This document shows positions 54,687 through 64,000 of a stretch of 64,000 bases of DNA, in pieces. The position numbers and the translations under genes were made by a program. Each line of letters starts with the position of its first letter. Within the stretch, counting starts at the first letter, position 1. The stretch lies in assembly GCA_051362555.1 (NCBI GenBank), contig CM120640.1, forward strand, positions 67,248,788-67,312,787. Direction: 5' to 3'. The notes under the pieces were generated by a model. That model searched no databases. It saw only the letters and a program-made list of their open reading frames with translations, and had not been told where the DNA came from. Origin of the DNA: Lingula anatina. Lineage: Eukaryota; Animalia; Brachiopoda.

Positions 54687-55642
54687 AAAAGTAAGAATTT
54701 TATGGACATCAAACGTTGTTAATGTTCATTGATTCCATGAAATATCAGTTCAAAGTGTAATGTTCTCAGAGCATTTAGCGCACCTGCAGTGATGTATTAA
54801 CTGTTCGCTTGGGCAGTTCACGTCCATAATGCCTTGAAATACATGTCCATATGTTATTGTGTTTCTTACTGACTTTTGAAAGACAAAATATCATAGAATG
54901 TCAAAAAAAGAGTCGAGTGTTATGAAAATGTTATAAATATCTTTAGAAAAAAATTTCATACCACAATCCTGTGATAGCTTGTTTTGCAATGATACGTATC
55001 GCACGAAGAAAACGTCCAGAAATTTAGTCTTTGATAACTTATTATGCGAAACATCACTTTATACTACGACATGATTCTGCTTCAGGGAATAACGGAATAA
55101 CATTTTTTGATACTAAGGATATTAAGAAAAAATGTATGTGCTGAAGACGCAATATCATGAGGTAGTGTAATGTGAAATTTTGTTGAATTATGGTCTATAA
55201 TATTTGAGAAACGAGACGTTTCCATTTATCCACCCAATATATGCTGTACGTGTGCGTATCAACTATTTCAAACCGAGCGTGGTATTTGAATTCGATGTAA
55301 CGATATCTCATTTTGAGACGAACACAAGTCTGTCAACAACATGTAGTATGTTCGATAGCCGCGAAGGCAGTCTGGATACTGTATATTCAGATGAATCTAT
55401 TGACGAGCACTGAGATCGGTGCCAATTTTGTATTAAACCTTCTTATAAGACATCACTTTTTACTAATAATTCCGTTAAATACACATCACGTAAAACTGTA
55501 AAACTGCTGCTACAAAAAAAGGTGTACGGTAAGCGTTTAGGTCTTTTTGATCTTCCAGATCTCGGGCTTGTTTTTACCAAAACCCTTAAATATTTCGACC
55601 TAGCTGGAATCAAAAATCCGAAAAGCTATCTTAGCCTTCTGT

Positions 55643-55817
55643 TTTGTGCATTGGTTTTATTTGGAAATTTTAACCTGATTTTTAGAGTGGATTTCCTGCG
55701 ATCAAATGACCTCTTTTGTGTGCATAAGACCTATACATATATTGCCATTAGAGCGTGAAAAGTCCACTCTAGGAAATCAGGTTAGAAACAAATTACCAAA
55801 CTAAACCAATGCACAAA
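55643..55817. mobile_element. Degenerate inverted repeat, probable MITE relic
   Basis: TTTGTGCATTGGTTTTATTTGGAAATTTTAACCTGATTTTTAGAGTGGA is mirrored by TCCACTCTAGGAAATCAGGTTAG...CCAAACTAAACCAATGCACAAA (~50-bp arms). Confidence 0.6.
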
Positions 55818-57255
55818 GTATTCAGTATTAATACATTGCCACTTGTGTAGAACCAAATATCACCAACGTGCACCTTCATAAGCTGGGCATCACTGTCGAA
55901 TCATAAACAGTAATATTTTATCAGACGAAACTGACATATGACATTGGCATAATGTTGACTAGACCCATTTGATACATACCACAGGGCCTATTAGACTTCA
56001 TATGTCTATACATTTGTTCAGTTTATATTGATATTGGTGATAATGAATTGATATGATTCACGACTGAAAAACTTATATAAAAGCGTGGTATTATGTAACG
56101 CCTATGTTTTCTGTGTGCTTTATTAGCTAATTGTACAGGTGTTTTGATATAGATCAATAAAAAATGTAAACTGCTAGAACATCTATGACAGGTATACGTA
56201 TGATGATAGATGGGTCGGAAGATCCTTTCGTGCGTTATTTTCTGTGTCTCTACCCGGGATGTTTAAGTGGTAAACTGAGGCAGGAATCCAAAGATGGCAC
56301 GATCCGTTATATTTCGCACTGAGAACTTGATACCTTACACAAAGACAAATGTGCTTTAGTTCATTCTCTCTATTATATGACATTATACAGTTTAACACTC
56401 CTATAATCATTTAACAAGTACTTTTAGAAAAGTCTGTATTTGTATTTTGTTGTTTTTCCTCTAGGTCACTGACCATGACACACTTCGAGTTTAACATTAT
56501 AATCGTGGGAAAGTCCAGTGCTTTCAGCGTGCGATTTTTTGTGACGCAATACGCCTTTCTTACAAATCGACCATTTACACGCCGTACATTTTATATTGAT
56601 ATCTAATATTTACCAGTGTAATTGCCATTTCTGTGCCGCCCAACTTTGTTCCCTTTTTAGTGACTCAACACATAGAGATAATTATCGGTGAAGTAAATTT
56701 AATTATGCTTGGGAAGAAATCAATATTTTAATGCAAAGTTGGTGAATGTATTCCAAGACACTGGTTGATCTTTTAATCACGTTCTTGTGTTAAGATTGAT
56801 TCCATTTTATTTAGGAAGGGTTTCAAACAGCATAACCCACGTTCAAGTTTACCCTAGCGTAAGAAAATCAATTTTTTTCTGAGAGGCATTTATTTTATAA
56901 GTTTTAAGAACGTTGCACTGACAGCGCCTACTTACCACAGAATATCAGGACACGTGCTTCATTACTATGCAAGGGATTGCCTGGGAATCTTTATTTGCGC
57001 GTATGTTGCCTGGAGTATGCTTTAAGGGTTATGCATTGATAAAGACGGAGACAGGATCAACCACAACCTTTAGCTACTAGACAAATACAGAAATGAAAAA
57101 AAAAAATGGTTCTAAATAAGCCAGAATCATAATTTCACATACCATTATTATTAGTAGCAAATGGATAACCTCATTTTGTATTTACTAGGGTGGGAGGGTC
57201 GGACAGTACAGGTGAGACCGATCACTGGTTACCCATCCCTTATAAAGGCCGTGTT

Positions 57256-57258
<3 letters not shown>

Positions 57259-57310
<52 letters not shown>
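57259..57310. repeat. (AT)n microsatellite
   Basis: Pure AT run. Confidence 0.95.
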
Positions 57311-57313
<3 letters not shown>

Positions 57314-59568
57314 GGGCACAAGCAGATAGGTAGAGCACTTTCTAATTCCCAGTAACTACAATTAATATAACTATTAATCCAGATATAAACGGGCACTATT
57401 TGCCTCTAAAACCAGTTGTTGCTTAGTGAAATAACTTCCATGCGTTTTGTTGACACAAATTAAGGAAATGGGAAAAGTGCGAACCAATTTATCATATATT
57501 GGATGACACTTTGCGTATCAAATATTCTTTTAATTCCTTTCATAAATTATGACCGAGATCAGCAGATCGAGATCTTGTTTGCAGTTACTCATGACCAGAA
57601 CAGAGAGGCCATATCTACCTGAAGCAAGCGTACACGTTTGGCAATGTGAGTTTCCCTGTCAGCCGCACCGCGAAACTCGATGGGTGTAAGAATAAGTAAC
57701 GGCTCCTGTTACCAGTGTTTTGAGCTCTTAACTGCACACATACATTTCTAACTAGTATAGCTTGCTGCAGAAGGAATGAACGTACCAGGACCTCAGGCTA
57801 TATACCCTTTTGCTCGATTGATTTGTGTTCATTATAAAATATTTTTGACAATGTTGCGATTGACGAATATGTTTTAATTATCCTAGAACCAAAGTCCAAA
57901 ATTAAACAAACATCTTCTATGATTTTTAGATAATATTAGATATAAACAAGAGGTTGGTACAATTTCCAGCTGCAAAATTGTTACATTCCTAAGAGTTTAG
58001 CTATAATTTCAGCTGTAATTTTTTGTTATAAAAGATATCAATTGATGATTTTTGAAGTCATGAACACTTAGCAAAAATAATAATAATAATAATAAAATAA
58101 ATAAATAAATAAATAAAAATAAAATGATGCATTAAATTTAGCATTTCAGGATAATTTTACAAATTTTTTGAGCTTTTTAAATGAAAAATTAGCCATTATT
58201 TTTGAGTGGCCCATATACTGATATGTTTACGATTGCGCTCTCTAGTTAGAACACATCTAACACACTGTTCATCGTATATGCAGGGTTAGAATGTTTAACG
58301 ACCTCCCGCCGGTTCTTCCAACACCCTCATCATTTAAAGTTTGATTGCACCAGTGAACACGTTGATCCAATGTATGTCCGCTACATCTTGTTCATCAATT
58401 TAATGAACATAAGATCCCTTCAAAACGCCGGAGTGTGAATTGCCATCATCAAAGCAATGAAAAATCCTTATTTATACGTCTTATTAATTTTCTAAAAAAA
58501 TTTCGAAAAATTAGAAATACATTAAGTGTGTGTTATATATAAAGACCCGCACGTCAATGAGTAGATTTGAACTTTCTGGTTAATTTTGCACCACCTTTTT
58601 TGGCATTATAAATTGGTCGTCCCAGGATAAGCAGACATACAAAAATTACTCCAGAGACACCTAAAACATGATCCTATGAAATCCAGATAACCGCAAGTGC
58701 GAGAGACATTTTTTTCTGATACAAGCGACAAGGTAAATGCTAGTAAGTTATATGTGTCTGCTACTTGTACACTTGACATTTAATATGGAATATTTCAGTT
58801 TCAAAGGTATACCTAGGTAAATGCGTCCTTTTTTAAAAAAAATATCGGATGTCATATAAGATATGTGAATGGAGGAGGGTGTAGTCAGGTGTGTCGCTGC
58901 CAATTAACTGATTACCATGTCAGTAGCACTGCGGCATTGCGTAATATGCAGTGGTTCTGTTAAAAAAGTATCCATATGCCGGAACTACTGCATTGAAGAA
59001 TTTGAAATTTTGCATGCAAACGATTGGTAAACAGAGATAAGCAAAATTTTACGACATTGTTTTAATTAAAATCTGTGCCAAAATGGCGCTAAAAATACAA
59101 ACACTGCCAGACAAATGACTGTGTCACACGGAACGGTCCGCACAGTTTTATAGAGTTATGCCCCGACTGGTGTACCTGCATAGAGGCCAAGCACAATGTA
59201 TCGAAATCTTTCCACCAGGGTACAGGACTTGGTGTTCTTACGGATATTCTGCTGCAACAGAACAAAGATCACTCATTTCGTTCAGAATGAGGGGCAAATT
59301 GTCACTAGTACGCGCTTTTCATGGCCCTTATGGAACACCAAACCGTTCTGACGTATCCGCGGAGGCTGAAAAATCGGAAAGATTATTTTTTGCCCTGTGA
59401 AATAGATGCCTTCTTATTATTCATTCACGTATTATGATTATGCTTGTGTGAATGTAAATATTCACTATACTCTGCAAACGGGTTCAATATGATAAGAAAA
59501 CCCATTATAATCCAATGAAATTCACCCAATTAAATACTTTCATTCATGCGTTTAGTTTGGAATGTATG

Positions 59569-59572
<4 letters not shown>

Positions 59573-59626
<54 letters not shown>
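59573..59626. repeat. (AT)n microsatellite
   Basis: Pure AT run; source of the spurious IYIY ORFs. Confidence 0.95.
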
Positions 59627-59629
<3 letters not shown>

Positions 59630-61925
59630 CGGTGAAAATGTTAACACTCGCGTCCCTTTTTTCCACATTGGCAATATTGCAAAGCTGGGAAGGAAACACT
59701 TGTCTTGAACAGAGTTCAAAGGAAAAGTGTTTCTCGATGCGTTAACAAAGTGTAACCTTCTATCGCACCTAAATTCCTGGAACAGCTGAAGAAAATGAAA
59801 CCGACAAAGAACAAACTCAGTTAAAATTTTTCTCACACCTTTGAGGCAGTTTTGATTAATTCCTAAAGTTGGCGTAAATTTTCTGTACTCTTTCATCCAA
59901 CAAAGAAAGCGCTAGTCAGCGTTCGAATAAGGCATCATCATCCACACCTCCCACTGCAGGTACTCATGTTTTAACATACTGCATATTTACTTTTTAAAAC
60001 GCTTTTTATCCTGCTCGGATTTATTCCCCTTATCCCTTTGGCAAATAAATCCAATCATACCACTGTCAAGGCAATTGCAAAAAAAGCACAACCTCATCTA
60101 CTAGTCGACCTCGAAGAGTGTTATTCAACTATAGCCTTGAACGAGCACTTATTCGTTCAGTTTTTTTCAGGTAGTTGAAAACGTCGGGCTTGAAACACAG
60201 ACGTAAGGGCACGAACCAACCTCAGCAGGAATCCTATACTCTATCAGTAAAGCAAGCACATGCATAGCTAATTACTGAGGTCTTACACATGGTTTTTATG
60301 GACATACACAATTTGTCTGGACGTAATACAGCCATCACCTGTGTGTGTAATGGCCGCCGCCGTCGTCATGTTGCCTTAATAGTATGCATTTAAAATATAC
60401 TAGGCAAATAATAAAGTAATGTTGTAAACAAAAAATATGAAAGGTTAAAAAGAGGAGAAATGTAAGATAATTTAAATTTTGATAATTTAAAAGTGTTAGC
60501 CCGATATATTTGTTTTAAGCTTTTTTCTCGTCCGACCCACCTCTCAATAACTAATTTTTAAATGAACAATATGAAAAATAATCATATTTACCTTCCTTCA
60601 GAATGTTGTGCCGAAACATGAACCCCATTGAATTTTATCATCATTCAGTCTTGGAAGCGATTTAGTTGCAGGCATAAGCGCACACACTTATGCATTTTAA
60701 CGCCTTCTTCTTCGAAAAACACGCCTGATCCTAACGAGAGAAGCATTTTTTCTCACTTAAAAGGAATTAACGAAACTTGATTCTGCGTCTGAAATTTTGT
60801 CACAGTCCACACAATTAACCCTGAGTTTCAAAGCAATGTTGGAATTCACCTCTATTCATTATCTTTAGCGTTTTTACTCCCAATACAGGGAAAGACAAGC
60901 ATACGGTTGACATTTTATAATGTCATATTATCAGTTCCAAGTTAGTCGCATCTCATTTGTCAAAAGGTGAAAAAATCTATCAACCTTTAGATCCGAAAAT
61001 TCTTAAAATTAACTGTAATGAGGTAAAGCAATTATGCAGAAAATTTAAAAATACATTATCAAGAATCTTTTTAAATGTTTAACCAAAACAAACATGTAAA
61101 TAAAATTTCAATAAAAAAAATAAAAACTTGATGACACGAAAAGAAACAAAAATAAATATAAAGCAAAGAAAAAAGAACAAAGAACACACATTTTAATTGT
61201 TCCAAGAGAATTATTTGGTTTCAGTTTAAATGTGTATTGACAGCCCCTGTAACTGGGAAAAATATTCACATATATGATGTTTCCTTTGAAAGAACCAGTA
61301 TAAATATCATTAAGAAAATGCCGAGTTACTATTACACGTCATCAGTTGTAGATGCAATACAAGCCGCAGAGGGCAAATAGCGCCTTACAGATGCTGTACA
61401 GTGAGGCAATATTACAGCTACGGCACGTTGGCTTATGTAAGGTACTTGCCATCAATAATATCTGATACATCCTTGGAAAAATAATCCCCCCTCTGCACTT
61501 TGCGCTGCGCTAAACGGTTTGTCAGTCCTATTTAACGAAGACGAGAGATAGCGCCCAGTGCATCAGCATTTTCAAGAACTGTATCTTGATAGTTCCACGA
61601 ACTACAGGGGAGAACCCAGCGGCTATTCTAAAATGAATTAATTTTTAGCACATGTGGATTTTAAGCATATGACTGTGGACTATATTTTTCCCCTTAACGT
61701 ATTGAATGTATGGGTGGTTTTGATTTTGGGTGAAAGTTTTCCTACATTTTACGTCATTTTATGGAAAATATCTTTATCATTTTCTTGTCGAAACATTTTA
61801 TGTGACTGACTAACAAATTTGGCTTTCCTTCAGCAGTTTGAATTGGTGCTTAAAGAAGGGTCTGTTTCATTGCATGTTACCTGAATGCTCCCTTTAAGTA
61901 GACAACAGGACGGTAATCAGCAAAC

Positions 61926-64000
61926 ATGTCGTATAGGCCGTTCTCACTCCTGTTTATCATACTGTTTTCCATTCAGTATTCAGGTAAGTTTACTTTGTAC
62001 TATATATTTTTAACAAGAAGGAAAATAAGTTTCGAAACATACAGGCAAAGTTAAGCTATTCGCTGTATTCATTTTACGGTTAACCGTGTAAAGCATTTCT
62101 GCTCATTACGTGGACACCACAGTAAAGTCATATATATTAGCACGTTAGCCCGAGTCTTCGCCATCAAAGCTAATAATTATTCATATAATAAGGGAAATAA
62201 CCTTTTCGATATTATTCATGCTCCAGGAATTCGTTTCTTCATTTAATAAGTACTCATGTTTTAATCAACCCATGAACAAATTAAGAAATTTATCCACGAT
62301 TTACCACATTTTAGACATATCGACTTATACAAAGGCATTTTGCTCCAAAGATGAAGATATAGGGCTATAACGCTGTTTACGAAAATTAATGCAGCATAGG
62401 CGTATCATACATATTAATGATTTTTTTCTACCATTTAGTTCGTACATATTTTGAGCATCTATGTCTCTGTGATAAGATCTCAGGGTATTTGTCTGACATG
62501 AAAGATTTTTCTCAGTTGGGGCACGAACTACCACAAGGTGATGTCAGAAGCTGGCGTGTCAAGGCTGATTTATGTGTATAACTCATATAACCCAAACAGA
62601 GCAGCGCATTAAAAGAAATGTAAAAGGCAGCTGGTGGATGTTTAAGTAGCTAATCACTACCCTCTACCAGGGCCACAGGTTGATTTTCACTAGATATTCA
62701 CAGAAATGTCTTTGGCTAAGTCATGACATTTCTCTACTGTATAGAAAAAAACAACACATGATTAAAAGTAACCAGACACAGATATATATAGATATCTTGT
62801 GAAAAATAAATATGTGGCGCTGGTAGATCTTGTTTTTGTTGATCCACTGGTATCCAGCATTAAGCTCAAACATTTCCGTAAATAAAAACGGCTTATTTGT
62901 ATCCCATCAATGCATCTGAATCCCAATAATCCACTGGAAATGTTAGTGATTCTGTTATCATACTGACTCGTTTGGCCAACGTCGGTAGTGCTCAGGGTAC
63001 GTACCTGCGCGTTGACGATCATGTTGCTAAATCGTGAATTTAATCTTCTTCTAACATTTTGCAAACCGAGACCCATTCCGCCCGTGGGTTCTTTTAGTAC
63101 CCTAGTTAAGGCTTGTTATCGGCCTTTTACCAGGCGGATTCTTTCCTGCTATTGGGATAGAAATGGAATTTATTGGAAGACGGAACGATATCACTGAAAA
63201 ACTCCTTGACTGGACATCTGTCCAAGGTAATATACACGGTTAATATTATTATATTAGTGATCTGTTCACGGCATTTAGACGTGCATGTAAAACGTGTGTA
63301 AAATATGTGGTGGTTCTCCCATATTAAAGTTAATGTTTTAGACGTGATGAAAAAAAAAATCACTCATTAGGCCTACTATTTTTCAGAAAGAAAGTAAGAA
63401 AAGAAAAAAACTTTGGTGCGTAAAGATGTAACCTCGGTAGGTAAATGTTTGTTGCTGATAACGTGAATGTTCCCACACCTGCACACTAATTAACACGTGC
63501 TATCGAAACAACACCTGGGAGGCATACCTGAGAGTCAACAAAATTACGATTCACGTGGTTGTCACATGTTCATATAATATCTGCTCATTGACCTTTTTAA
63601 GATTTGTGCCCGTCTGAGTTTTTAAAACTTGCAGGTGGAAATCAGCCGAAGGAACCGTCCTAATTCCATGAAAAACATAACCTGTTTTATTTATTAACTT
63701 CTGGCTGTAGCTGAGATACTGGGATATTTATGCAGCGTTATACACTGTATCTATTATTTTTATATTGACTCATTCAGCAGAAGACAGACAGGCTTCCCAG
63801 CGAGATATATAGATATTAAGCTAGCAAAACAAAGAGAATGAAGAAAAAGTCCCAGAGAGAGGGAAGGAGCTAACAAACCCCCGGTTATTCACCTGTTGTC
63901 ACAGATCCACCACCACCGCAAATGTCATACGCACAGCAATCTATCAGTTTTGTTAATATGTCTCAAGGTGTACCAGTAACGTGCTCAGGCAATGTCAATG
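61926..64000 (+). CDS. 5' part of a secreted or membrane protein gene (truncated by the window edge)
   Basis: CAAACATG followed by MSYRPFSLLFIILFSIQYS G|GTAAGT (61926-61983); phase 1-1 exon 63134-63226 (GGFFPAIGIEMEFIGRRNDITEKLLDWTSVQ); open exon from 63905 (DPPPPQMSYAQQSISFVNMSQGVPVTCSGNVN...). Confidence 0.55.

Noticed and set aside
59158-59400. 80-aa ORF with HGPYG (jacalin-like motif)
   Set aside because: No other supporting motifs or convincing splice context.
59515-59896. IYIYIY ORFs
   Set aside because: Artefacts of the (AT)n microsatellite.
63635-63663. Possible exon after TTGCAG in the right-edge gene
   Set aside because: Hits TAA after 9 codons in the required phase.

Overview
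AT-rich, intron-rich animal genomic DNA, most likely an invertebrate such as a lophotrochozoan (the taxon is an inference). I assembled six genes by hand from splice sites and reading-frame phases. (1) The first coding exon of a GRK2/3 (beta-adrenergic receptor kinase, Gprk1) gene on the - strand; its first intron runs off the left edge. (2) A golgin-160 (GOLGA3) orthologue on -, about 1661 aa, with a 2.94-kb exon. (3) Head-to-head with it, an unnamed type I membrane protein on + (~591 aa): divergent CUB domain, TM helix and a long tail with Tyr motifs. (4) A complete HECTD2 E3 ligase on - (~799 aa) with a clear U12-type (minor spliceosome) intron, a candidate 27-nt microexon and an N-terminal CxxC/CxxC zinc ribbon. 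(5) A secreted PAN/Apple - Thr-rich mucin - PAN/Apple protein on +. (6) The 5' end of another signal-peptide gene at the right edge. Several non-autonomous DNA transposons have recognisable TIRs and target-site duplications (TA, TTA, TTAA). I saw no prokaryote-type system such as CRISPR or an operon. The most notable items are the minor intron, the microexons, the orphan CUB receptor on a bidirectional promoter, an intronic pre-miRNA-like hairpin and a composite 3.3-kb transposon.
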